Under the pieces are notes generated by a model that saw only the letters and a program-made list of their open reading frames with translations, searched no databases and was not told the origin of the DNA. Below, in pieces: positions 38,409-47,416 of a stretch of DNA of 64,000 bases. The position numbers and the translations under genes were made by a program. This DNA comes from Solirubrobacteraceae bacterium (GTDB lineage: Bacteria; Actinomycetota; Thermoleophilia; Solirubrobacterales; Solirubrobacteraceae). Numbering within the stretch: the stretch's first letter is position 1; each line of letters starts with the position of its first letter. The stretch is taken from positions 16,395 through 80,394 of the forward strand of contig JBJMLC010000065.1 in NCBI GenBank assembly GCA_045805485.1, read 5' to 3'.

Positions 38409-41134
38409 GGGTTCTCGTCACCGGCGGGTCGGGCTTCATCGGGTCCCACGTCGTGGATCGGCTGCGAGCCCACGGTCACGAGCCCGTGATCTACGACCTG
38501 CGCCCCTCGCCGTGGCACGAGGCGGGGAGCGTGGAGACAGTTCTGGGTTCGATCACCGATCGCGAGGCGCTGGAGCGGGCCCTGCACAGCTGTGACGCCG
38601 TGGCGCACCTGGCTGCCGTGGCCGACGTCAACGACGTGCATGCCTCGCCTGAGGACGCCGAGCGGGTCAACGCGCGCGGAACCGTGGCCGTGCTGGAGGC
38701 CGCGCGCCGGGCCAGCGTGAAACGGATCGTCTACGCCTCGACGATCTGGGTGTATTCGGACTGCCACGGGGATGCGGTCGACGAGGAGACGCTCCTGCCC
38801 GCGCCCAGCCATCTCTACACGAGCACCAAGCTGGCCGGCGAGCTCTACTGCAAGGCCTACCAGGAGCTCTACGGGATCGACTACACGATCCTGCGTTTCG
38901 GAATCCCCTACGGGCCCCGGGCCCGGGAGGCGGCTGTCATCCCCGCCTTCGTGGGCAAGGCGTTGCGGGGCGAGCCGCTGACGCTGGCCGGGGACGGGAG
39001 CCAGTCCCGGCGCTTCGTGTACGTGGAGGATCTGGCCGAGGGCGTAGCGGTGTCCCTGGCCGATGTGGCCTCGGGCCGGGTGTACAACCTGGCCAGCGAG
39101 GAGAACGTGACCATCCGCCAGATCGCCGAGAGCGTGAGGGAGATCCTGGGCGACGTGGAGATCGTCTTCACCGAGGCCCGGGCGGGCGATTTCGGCGGCA
39201 AGGTCGTGTGCAGCGAGCGGGCCAGGCGTGAGCTGGGCTGGAGCGCGGCCACGCCATTCTCGGACGGCGTGCGCAAGTACGTGGACTGGCGCCTGGAGCA
39301 GGAGAAGCACAGGGCGGAGATGGAGGAGAGCGCCGTCATCCCGGCGGGCGAGCCTGACGCCGAGGCCAGGCCGCGCCACGTCCTGATCATCTCGGCGGAC
39401 ATCGGGGAGGGCCACGACCTTCCGGCACGGGCGGTGGCCCGCGAGGTCAAGGACGACGACCCCGACGCGCAGGTGGCGATCGTCAACGGCCTGCCGGCGA
39501 TGGGAGTGGTGCTGACCAAGACGCTGCGGGAGAACTCGGCCTTCATGTTCCGCTGGGTGCCCTGGCTGTTCGACCTCCAGTACACGCTGTTCATGAATTT
39601 CTGGCCCGTTCGGCGCCTGGCCTCGTGGCTACTGTGGCTGTTCGGCCGGCGGGGGCTGTTGAGACTGATCAGGGCCCATGACCCGGACCTGATCCTCTCG
39701 ACCTATCCGGGGGTCACCGCGCTCCTCGGGCAGCTTCGTCGCAAGGGCCGGCTGGAGGTGCCGTGTTACTCGTCGATCACCGACCTCGCCGGGCTCCAAT
39801 TCTGGGCCCACCCCGGGATCGACCTGCACTTCATAACCCACCCTGAGTCCGCCGAGGAGGTGGAGCGGATCGCCGGCCCGGGAAGCGTGCGCTGGGCCAA
39901 GCCCCCCACCTCACCTGCGTTCCTGGCCGCCCGGTCGCGCTCGGACGCCCGCCGGGCTCTGGGCCTTCCCGCTGAGGGCAAGGTGATCGCGGTCTCAGGA
40001 GGCGGCTGGGGTGTGGGCGACCTGCTGGGTGCCACCCGGGCCGCGTTGCTGGTGCCGGACGCGATCGTGCTCTGCCTGTGTGGTCGCAACGACAAGCTTC
40101 GGGCACGAGTCGCCAAGCATCTGGGCGACGACCCGCGACTGCGGCTGATGGGCTTCACCGACCGGATGGGCGACATCCTGGCGGCGAGCGACGCCCTCAT
40201 CCACTCCAGCGCCGGGCTCACTGTGCTCGAGGCCATCATCCGAGGCTGCCCGGTCATCTCCTACGGCTTCGGCTACGGGCATGTCCGGGCCAGCAACCAC
40301 GCCCTGGAGCGCTTCGGGCTGGCCGAGGTGGCTCGCCACGAGCGTGACCTGGCCCCGGCTCTGGAGCGGGCTCTGGCCCACCGCCCGGAGCCGGATCCGT
40401 CCTTCGCCCGCCGGCCATCCACAGCCTCCCTGATGCTCTCCAACGAGCGGCGTATGACACCGCTTCCCCGCTGGCGGCTGCGGACCGTCCGGGCCGCGGT
40501 CACCTCGGCGGCCGTGGTCGCCGTGGCCGCCTGGACGTTGACGACGAGCGCCTCGTACCACCTCATGTCGCACTTCGTTCACATGCGGCCGGTCAGCTCG
40601 GTGTCCACCAGCCGGCCGGAGGTCGGACTCCTGGTTGACGTCTCGGCCGCGGACATGCCCCGGCTGGCGGCAGCGCTGCGTGCACATCGCGTTGATGCCT
40701 CGTTCGCGGTCAGCCATGCCCCCACCGCAGCCGAGCTGCGCCTGCTGCAACCGGGTGACCAGGCCATCCCGAGACTGGGCGGCGGCGGCCTCGTGCGGTG
40801 GCTGGAAACGGGCGACCAGCTTCATCGGCTCACCGGCCCGCTGGGGCTTCACCACCCGCATCGTGACTTCATGTACGCCTCCAGCGGGCCGAGCTTCGGC
40901 CAATGGTTGCTGGCCAAGAGCGCGGGCGGCCGGCTGATCGGCGGCGCCGTGCGCCTCCAGGATGCCGACGACGCCATCGGGCCCGTGCGGATGGGCGAGG
41001 TCGTGGAGATCAACGCCTCGAGTCCTCTCGAGGTGCTGGCGATCGTCGATCACCTGAACCGCGTGCTGCGCGGCGACCATCTGCGGGCGGTCTCGGTCGG
41101 CCAGCTGATGCGCGACGCCGGCGTTTCGGTCTAG
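38405..41134 (+). CDS. Fusion: NAD-dependent epimerase/dehydratase + MGDG-synthase/UgtP-like GT28 + degenerate polysaccharide-deacetylase-like domain
   Basis: TGGSGFIG and YTSTK (SDR); SADIGEGH, STYP, ITD, SGGGWGVG, CGRN, AGLTVLEA (GT28); TM helix then NodB-like pattern. Confidence 0.85.
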   Translation: MRVLVTGGSGFIGSHVVDRLRAHGHEPVIYDLRPSPWHEAGSVETVLGSITDREALERALHSCDAVAHLAAVADVNDVHASPEDAERVNARGTVAVLEAARRASVKRIVYASTIWVYSDCHGDAVDEETLLPAPSHLYTSTKLAGELYCKAYQELYGIDYTILRFGIPYGPRAREAAVIPAFVGKALRGEPLTLAGDGSQSRRFVYVEDLAEGVAVSLADVASGRVYNLASEENVTIRQIAESVREILGDVEIVFTEARAGDFGGKVVCSERARRELGWSAATPFSDGVRKYVDWRLEQEKHRAEMEESAVIPAGEPDAEARPRHVLIISADIGEGHDLPARAVAREVKDDDPDAQVAIVNGLPAMGVVLTKTLRENSAFMFRWVPWLFDLQYTLFMNFWPVRRLASWLLWLFGRRGLLRLIRAHDPDLILSTYPGVTALLGQLRRKGRLEVPCYSSITDLAGLQFWAHPGIDLHFITHPESAEEVERIAGPGSVRWAKPPTSPAFLAARSRSDARRALGLPAEGKVIAVSGGGWGVGDLLGATRAALLVPDAIVLCLCGRNDKLRARVAKHLGDDPRLRLMGFTDRMGDILAASDALIHSSAGLTVLEAIIRGCPVISYGFGYGHVRASNHALERFGLAEVARHERDLAPALERALAHRPEPDPSFARRPSTASLMLSNERRMTPLPRWRLRTVRAAVTSAAVVAVAAWTLTTSASYHLMSHFVHMRPVSSVSTSRPEVGLLVDVSAADMPRLAAALRAHRVDASFAVSHAPTAAELRLLQPGDQAIPRLGGGGLVRWLETGDQLHRLTGPLGLHHPHRDFMYASSGPSFGQWLLAKSAGGRLIGGAVRLQDADDAIGPVRMGEVVEINASSPLEVLAIVDHLNRVLRGDHLRAVSVGQLMRDAGVSV

Positions 41135-41137
41135 AGA

Positions 41138-42088
41138 CTAGGCGCGCTGGGTCCAGCTGTCGCGCGGGTTGCGCAGCGGCTTGAGGTGGGGCTCGATCTG
41201 GTCTCGCAGATGCTCGTACTGGGGCGTCAGCGACAGCTTGGTCCCCAGCTCCTCAAGCGGCTCGTCCACGTCAAAGCCCGGGCCAATGGTGGCGATCTCG
41301 AACAGCACGCCCGAGGGCTCACGGAAGTAGATGGAGCGGAAGTAGAACCGGTCGATGATCGGCGTGGGGCGCCCCCCATGGGCGAGGACCGCCTCCCGCC
41401 AGGCCTCGTGCTCCTCCGGCAAGGAGGCGAACGCGACGTGGTGGACGGAGCCCGCACCCTGGAGCCCGGACTCGGCCGGCGGAGGCTCCATCAGGTAGGA
41501 GCCGCCTCGGCGCTGCCCGCGAACCTCGAACGAGAGGATCGTTCCATCTGGTCCCACGACGACGGGCTCGGAGAAGCCGAGGCCGTCCTGGAGCAGGGCC
41601 CGGCTGCTCTGGGGGTCGGCTGCGTAGGCCCGCACGGCGTGAAACCCCTGAAGCGCCACGTCGGCCGGGATCTCCGGGTGGTTGGCGATCAGCGGCTCGT
41701 CGGGCACTGGCTCGTCACGCAGTTCGTGGGTCAGGCCCTCGGGATCATCGAACACGATCGCGTCCTGGTTGTCCTGGGCGGCCACGCCGTGGCTTGCCAG
41801 GCGGTCGATCCAGAAATCGAGAGCCTCCCGGTTGGCAACGCGCCACACAACGCGATGGATCATTCCTGCCCCCGGGCGTCCGAGAGGAATTCCCGGGTAC
41901 TCGAAGAACGTGATGTCTGATCCCGGATCTGCCTTTTCGTCGGCGTAGAAGAGGTGGTAGACCGAGGTGTCGTCCTGGTTGATCGACTTTTTGACCAGGC
42001 GGAGTCCCAGGACGCCGGCGTAAAAGTCGACGTTCTGCTGAGCGTCCGCGGTGATCGCGGTCACGTGGTGGATGCCCTCGAGCTTCAC
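41138..42088 (-). CDS. VOC family ring-cleaving dioxygenase/glyoxalase
   Basis: GIHHVTAI, YHLFY, VHHVAF, DRFYFRSIYFREPSGVLFEIAT. Confidence 0.92.
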   Translation of the reverse strand: MKLEGIHHVTAITADAQQNVDFYAGVLGLRLVKKSINQDDTSVYHLFYADEKADPGSDITFFEYPGIPLGRPGAGMIHRVVWRVANREALDFWIDRLASHGVAAQDNQDAIVFDDPEGLTHELRDEPVPDEPLIANHPEIPADVALQGFHAVRAYAADPQSSRALLQDGLGFSEPVVVGPDGTILSFEVRGQRRGGSYLMEPPPAESGLQGAGSVHHVAFASLPEEHEAWREAVLAHGGRPTPIIDRFYFRSIYFREPSGVLFEIATIGPGFDVDEPLEELGTKLSLTPQYEHLRDQIEPHLKPLRNPRDSWTQRA

Positions 42089-42100
42089 GCCCGGGCTCCC

Positions 42101-43063
42101 CTACCAGTGCACGCCGCGCGTGGCCCGCACGAACGCCCGCTGTTCCGGCGTGAGGTCCGCCTGCTTGCCCTTGCCGTCGCCCTCGGGCAGCAGCTGGTAG
42201 GCCCGGTTGGCCACAAGGTCCTGGGCGCCGGGGGCCACCGCGTAGGTGACCTGCGCCAGCGTGCCCAGCGTGGTGGCTATGCGCTTGGGGCGCCGGCGGA
42301 TGGCGTCCACGATCATGCCCGCGGCCTCATCGGGCGATAGCGTGGGAAAGCGGTCATAGATCTTCGTGGGGGCGATCATGGGCGTGCGGACCAGGGGCAT
42401 GTAGACGGTCGTCACGTGGACGCGGTCGGCGATTACCTCGGGGGCCATCGAGCGTGAGAACGCATCCAGCGCCGCCTTCGAGCCCACGTAGGCGGAAAAG
42501 CGGGGCGTGTTGACCTGCAACCCGATCGTGGAGATGTTGACGATGTGGCCCCGCTTGCGCTCGCGCATCGTGGGCAGCAGGTCAAGGATCAGCTTGACCG
42601 GAGCGAAGTAGTTCAACTGCATCGTGCGCTGGTAATCGTGGAAGCGGTCGTAGGTGCGGTGAACCGACCGCCGAATCGACTTCCCCGCGTTGTTGATCAG
42701 GATGTCCACGGCCTGGTGCTGCTCGAGCACCTCCTTGGCCATGCGGTCGATGTCGTCCGGATCGCTGAGGTCGCAGGAATGGGCGTAGCCCACACCTCCC
42801 AGGCTGTCGATCTCGTCGGCCAGCTCGTCGAGCTTGGACTTGGTCCGGGCCACCAGCAGGACGACCCCCCCTGCCTCGCCGATCTTCAGAGCGCTGGCTC
42901 GCCCGATGCCTGAGGACGCGCCGGTGATGAGGACAACCCTCCCGTTGACCCGCTCCTTGAGCGAGGGCGCCAGCATACCGCCTCCAACGGGTATGCGCCG
43001 CCCGAAGGCCTGGAGGGTTCGAACTCCCTCTGCGGCGAGCTCAAGGGGATTGGGCGGCGCCAT
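42101..43063 (-). CDS. SDR oxidoreductase (fatty acyl-CoA reductase Acr1-like)
   Basis: ITGASSGIG, NNAGKSIRRS, RFHDYQRTMQLNYF, YVGSK, YMPLVRTPMIAPT. Confidence 0.88.
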   Translation of the reverse strand: MAPPNPLELAAEGVRTLQAFGRRIPVGGGMLAPSLKERVNGRVVLITGASSGIGRASALKIGEAGGVVLLVARTKSKLDELADEIDSLGGVGYAHSCDLSDPDDIDRMAKEVLEQHQAVDILINNAGKSIRRSVHRTYDRFHDYQRTMQLNYFAPVKLILDLLPTMRERKRGHIVNISTIGLQVNTPRFSAYVGSKAALDAFSRSMAPEVIADRVHVTTVYMPLVRTPMIAPTKIYDRFPTLSPDEAAGMIVDAIRRRPKRIATTLGTLAQVTYAVAPGAQDLVANRAYQLLPEGDGKGKQADLTPEQRAFVRATRGVHW

Positions 43064-43135
43064 CTCTTCGCACCGTATCACCACGGCTGGTGCCGGTAGC
43101 GCTGGTGGCGCCGTTACCGTGAGGGCATCAAGGAG

Positions 43136-44020
43136 GTGTCTCTCCCACCTGATCACGGGCCGGTTGAGTCGGCGTCCTTCGCCGCCTGCCTGGCCACGAT
43201 TCTGGAACTGCCGCTGGACGCCCTCCCACGACCCCAGCCTGAGGAGGGCCCGGCCATCGGCTGGACGACCTCAAGGTGGTTGGGCGGTCTCGGCCTGGCG
43301 ATCGCGCCGGTCGCCGAGCCGCGCACGTTCTCCTGGCCCGGCCCGTGGATCGCCCGGGCTCGGCCTCCGGACGCGACCCAGCGGAGATGCGTGGTCATGT
43401 TCGGGGTTCCGTCCGGTGTGGTGTGGGATCCGGTCCTCGCCCACGGCGACCATGTTGGAGCGGCCGTGGTCCCGATCGAGAACGAGTGGATCGAGGGCGG
43501 CTTCGTGGTCGCCGCGGCGGACATTGCGCTGGCGCGCCCGGTGCTCGCCTCGGCCCCCACAGGGACGGGCACCGTGGAGGGCATCTTCGTCTCGGATTCG
43601 GCGGGCGAGGCCATGACAGCGCTGCCCAGAGCCCGCGCCCTGGCCAACCGGGGCCTGGAGGGCGATCGTCACCTGACCGGCCGAGGGACCTTTCCCTCCG
43701 GTCTCCCGGGCAGTGCGCTAACGCTGATCGCGGCCGAGGTGTGCGAGTCATTCGATCCTCCCCTGGCGCCGGCCGAGCACCGGCGAAACCTGGTCACCCG
43801 GGGGATCGAGCTGAACGCGCTGGTGGGGGTGGAGTTCACAATCGGAGGAGCGCGATGTCGCGGGATGCGGCTGTGTGAGCCCTGCACGGTGGTGGAGCGC
43901 TACGCCTCCCGCCCCGTCCTGCGTGCGCTGGTGCACCGAGGTGGGCTGCGCGCCGACATCGTTGAGGATGGCGAGCTGGCGGTGGGAGATCTCATCCGGG
44001 CGTTGCCGAGCCAGGCCTGA
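43136..44020 (+). CDS. MOSC domain protein with extra N-terminal domain
   Basis: GLEGDRH, RRNLVTRG, LCEPC, GGLRADIVEDGELAVGD. Confidence 0.85.
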   Translation: MSLPPDHGPVESASFAACLATILELPLDALPRPQPEEGPAIGWTTSRWLGGLGLAIAPVAEPRTFSWPGPWIARARPPDATQRRCVVMFGVPSGVVWDPVLAHGDHVGAAVVPIENEWIEGGFVVAAADIALARPVLASAPTGTGTVEGIFVSDSAGEAMTALPRARALANRGLEGDRHLTGRGTFPSGLPGSALTLIAAEVCESFDPPLAPAEHRRNLVTRGIELNALVGVEFTIGGARCRGMRLCEPCTVVERYASRPVLRALVHRGGLRADIVEDGELAVGDLIRALPSQA

Positions 44021-44098
44021 GCGTCGGGCTCGTTCACCTCTTAAGTGGACGCTATCGCTGAAGCGCAACTTCCGTCATGGCGACTCGTTGTAGGTGCC

Positions 44099-44217
44099 GT
44101 GAATGCCTCGGAGAATCCTCGGGTAAGACCCTGGGGCGAACCAACGCCGTTGCGGTTCCCGGGGCTAGAGGGACCGAATCGCCAGGCGACTTCTCCGTCG
44201 GCCGCCGGCTCGTTCAT
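44099..44217 (+). ncRNA. Candidate structured leader RNA (unassigned)
   Basis: Nested complementary segments seen by eye; no known family recognised. Confidence 0.3.
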
Positions 44218-44241
44218 CCATGTGAAAGGGGTGTGGTAGGA

Positions 44242-45063
44242 ATGCGATCAGTACGGACCATGGCTGCGTTTGCGGCGGTGTGTTTTGTGACTCTGGGTGC
44301 GGCGGCCGGGGCCTGCGCCCAGGCTCATCGGACGACTCATGTGTCGTTCGTCATCTCAAAGAACCAGACTGCCGACACGCCGGAGCATTACACGTACTCC
44401 GTCAGAAACGCCCCGAGGGGGTCGGTGATTGTCCTTCAGCGTCAGAGGGGTGGGGGCTGGAAGACTCTGAGGAAGTTCACGAGGCACTCCGGTCACGGGT
44501 CCATAACGCAGTCAATTGGTGAGTATGTCCTCCGCGTGGCGGTGCTCAAGAATCATCACGTTCGTGCGCAGAAGCAGCGGACAGTCTTCGTGTACGGAGA
44601 CATCCCCTTCTCCGCGCTGTGCGACGCCGCCAACGTTCAGTGGGGGAACAATGATCGAGGATGCAACCGCTCCACGGCCCAGGTGGGGGCTCGTTTGTTC
44701 CCGTCGGCGGCTACCTTCGACGCCCCGGGCAGTTCGAGTCCGTCGGCTCCCGCGCACAACATCACGGTCACCCCCTCGACCTCCTGCCGCACCATGCATC
44801 TGGACTATGGCGAGTCCAACGACGACGTGCAGCATGCGGGCGGCGAGACGATGATCACTCAGACGCTGATTCAGCAGAACACGGATCCAGTCTCCGTCAC
44901 CTTCCCGGGTGGTGCTGAACAGAGCACCGACTTCCAGCTCGATGGTGGGCCGTTCCAGATCACGGACGAGTCGAACTTCACCGGCTCTGGAAGCCTGAAG
45001 GTGCTGGAGAACGGTTCCCTGAACTGCTACACGACCAACGGCGTCGTGCCGGGGTCGATCTAA
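44242..45063 (+). CDS. Secreted hypothetical protein
   Basis: Signal peptide after ATG 44242 (purine-rich RBS); beta-rich mature region with 4 Cys. Confidence 0.7.
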   Translation: MRSVRTMAAFAAVCFVTLGAAAGACAQAHRTTHVSFVISKNQTADTPEHYTYSVRNAPRGSVIVLQRQRGGGWKTLRKFTRHSGHGSITQSIGEYVLRVAVLKNHHVRAQKQRTVFVYGDIPFSALCDAANVQWGNNDRGCNRSTAQVGARLFPSAATFDAPGSSSPSAPAHNITVTPSTSCRTMHLDYGESNDDVQHAGGETMITQTLIQQNTDPVSVTFPGGAEQSTDFQLDGGPFQITDESNFTGSGSLKVLENGSLNCYTTNGVVPGSI

Positions 45064-45169
45064 CGGCGAAAGGATGTCCACCCCCAGCCTCGGCCACCCG
45101 CCTGATCAGCGGGCGGCCGAGGTGGTGCGGTTGCGCAAAGGGAGCTTCGGGATGGGTGAGAGGAAGACC

Positions 45170-47371
45170 ATGGCTGTAAGGATGAGAAGGGCTGGGCTCT
45201 CGGCTTTGCTGGCGGTGCTCGTCTGGGCGCCGACGGCAACGGCCCTGACGTTCCAGCACGCGAACGGCTCACCGGTGCTTCTGACCTCAGGTGCTCCCGG
45301 CGGCCAGGGGAATGCCGGCCTGGTCGTGGGTGCCTTCAACGGTGACAGCAAGCTTGATCTTGCGGCCTCGTGGGCAGGGTCCGGGCCGGACGGAGTCGGA
45401 TCGTACGTTTCTGTCCTGCTTGGAAGCGGCGCCGGCGGCTTCAGCCCCGCCACCGGCTCACCGATCCTGATCACCAGCGGCGGCGGGGCCGCGGCGGGTG
45501 CTCTGGCGGTGGGAAAGTTCAACGCGGATCAGAAGCTGGATCTGGCCGTGGTCAGCGCGGCCGGCTCAGCAAACGTGCCGGGTGACGTCTCGATTCTGCT
45601 CGGCAACGGAGATGGGACATTCACCCCGACTGGATCACCGATCGCTGTTGGTCGGGACCCAAGCGCGATCGCGGTGGCTGACCTCAACGGCGACCAGAGT
45701 CCTGACCTCGCGGTCACCAATCTGGGTTCGGGATCCGTGTCGATCCTGTTGAGCAATGGCACCGGTGGATTCACCAACGCACCGTCGTCCCCGCTCGGTA
45801 ATGCCGGTGATTGTCCGCAGGCGGTCACGACGGGCGACTTCAACGGCGATCACAGGCTTGACCTGGCCGTCGGCAGCCACGGCTGCAGCGAGTACGGCGG
45901 GTACGGCGAGTACGGCGGAAGTTCCGGTGACCTCTACATCCTCCTGGGCAACGGCAGCGGTGGCTTCTCTCCCACCTCCGGGTCTCCCCTGGATGTCGGC
46001 AACCAGGTCATGTCGCTCGCGTCGGGCGATTTCAATGGCGATGGGAAGGCTGACCTCGCTCTGGCCCCCGGCGCCGGGAGCAATGCGCCCGTGCTGTTGG
46101 GGGCCGGAAATGGTGGCTTCGGGGCGACGAACGGTGCGTCGACCAGCCCCTCCTCGCCAGATGGTTTGGCGATCGGCGACCTCAATGGTGACGGCAAGCC
46201 CGATCTCGCGATTGCCGGTGACACTCAGAATCCCCACTATCCGACGAACGGCGTTGTACAGGTGCTGCCTGGGACCGGGAATGGCACGTTCGCCCCGGTC
46301 CCCGATTCACCCTTTACGGTGGGCGAGCGGCCCAACGCGAGCCCGAGACAGGTGGTGGTGGGAGATTTCAACGGGGACGACCGCAAGGACGTGGCCGTGT
46401 TGACCATCGGCTGCCAGTGTCAGGGTTCTGATGTGACGGCACAATGGGGCCCCAGCGTGTCGGTCCTGCTGGGTGAGCCCGGCAACACCTCGGCCCCGAC
46501 AGCCGCCCTACACGCGTCGCCGAACCCAGCGCTGACCAGTAGCTCGGTGACGCTCGACGCGTCCTCGTCCTACGGTGGATCGGTGAACGATCCCATCGTG
46601 GATTACCAGTGGGATGTTGGGGACGGAGGCTTCACCCTGGACACGGGGGGCAGCCCTCAGGCGTTCAAGACGTTCTCCACTGTCGGCGTGGTCGAGGTTC
46701 GCGTCAAGGTGACAAACGCGACCGGCGCCACTGATATGGCCACGGTGAAGGTCGATGTACGTCAGGCGCCTCCCCCGGGAGCCGCCGGCGTCTCGATCGA
46801 CAGGGGCGCCTACGCGACCAACAATCCGGACGTCAGGCTGCACGTTGTCTGGCCTGCGTTCTCGACGCAGCAATTCGTTTCAAACGACGCGGCGTTGGAT
46901 ACCGCCGGGAATACGCAAACCATGCCGGTGACGCCAAGCGTGTCCTGGACTCTGCCCGTAACGAGCAGCAGTCGCCAGCCGCAGATTGTCTACGTGCGCT
47001 TCTCGGACGGCTCCAATGCGAACCAGGTCTTCAGCGACGGGATCGTCCTCGACACGACCGTTCCGGCCGTCCAGAGAGCCACCTCGGTGGCGCGCCGCGG
47101 GGCAGCCGACGTGGGCCGCGCAGGCGCACGGAAAAAGACCTTCCACGTGCGGATCCACGCCACGGAGCACGTGTCTGGGATCTCGGCCGTGCAGTTCTCC
47201 ACGGGCCACTCCACACGCTCCAAGACGGCCACGATCATCGTCGCCAACCGGAAGCACCGTGGGATCCGCAAGCTCGCTCGCATCCTGAGGGTCAGGATGA
47301 CCAAGGCCCCGGTTCGCGTTCGGGTTCGCAGCGCGGCCGGCACCTGGTCGAAGTGGCACCGGATCGGTTGA
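45170..47371 (+). CDS. Secreted FG-GAP/VCBS repeat protein with PKD-like domain
   Basis: Seven (G/A)(D/A/K)(F/L)N(G/A)D..xD(L/V)A repeats; VTLDASSS...YQWDVGDG PKD-like segment; basic C-terminal tail. Confidence 0.88.
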   Translation: MAVRMRRAGLSALLAVLVWAPTATALTFQHANGSPVLLTSGAPGGQGNAGLVVGAFNGDSKLDLAASWAGSGPDGVGSYVSVLLGSGAGGFSPATGSPILITSGGGAAAGALAVGKFNADQKLDLAVVSAAGSANVPGDVSILLGNGDGTFTPTGSPIAVGRDPSAIAVADLNGDQSPDLAVTNLGSGSVSILLSNGTGGFTNAPSSPLGNAGDCPQAVTTGDFNGDHRLDLAVGSHGCSEYGGYGEYGGSSGDLYILLGNGSGGFSPTSGSPLDVGNQVMSLASGDFNGDGKADLALAPGAGSNAPVLLGAGNGGFGATNGASTSPSSPDGLAIGDLNGDGKPDLAIAGDTQNPHYPTNGVVQVLPGTGNGTFAPVPDSPFTVGERPNASPRQVVVGDFNGDDRKDVAVLTIGCQCQGSDVTAQWGPSVSVLLGEPGNTSAPTAALHASPNPALTSSSVTLDASSSYGGSVNDPIVDYQWDVGDGGFTLDTGGSPQAFKTFSTVGVVEVRVKVTNATGATDMATVKVDVRQAPPPGAAGVSIDRGAYATNNPDVRLHVVWPAFSTQQFVSNDAALDTAGNTQTMPVTPSVSWTLPVTSSSRQPQIVYVRFSDGSNANQVFSDGIVLDTTVPAVQRATSVARRGAADVGRAGARKKTFHVRIHATEHVSGISAVQFSTGHSTRSKTATIIVANRKHRGIRKLARILRVRMTKAPVRVRVRSAAGTWSKWHRIG

Positions 47372-47416
47372 GGTCTGGCGCCGAGTAGCGCGGCCTACGC
47401 GGCAGCCGCGCCCTCA

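Noticed and set aside
45889-45920. GAGTACGGC short repeats (EYGGYGEYGG) in the FG-GAP gene
   Set aside because: Small in-frame loop duplication, probably neutral
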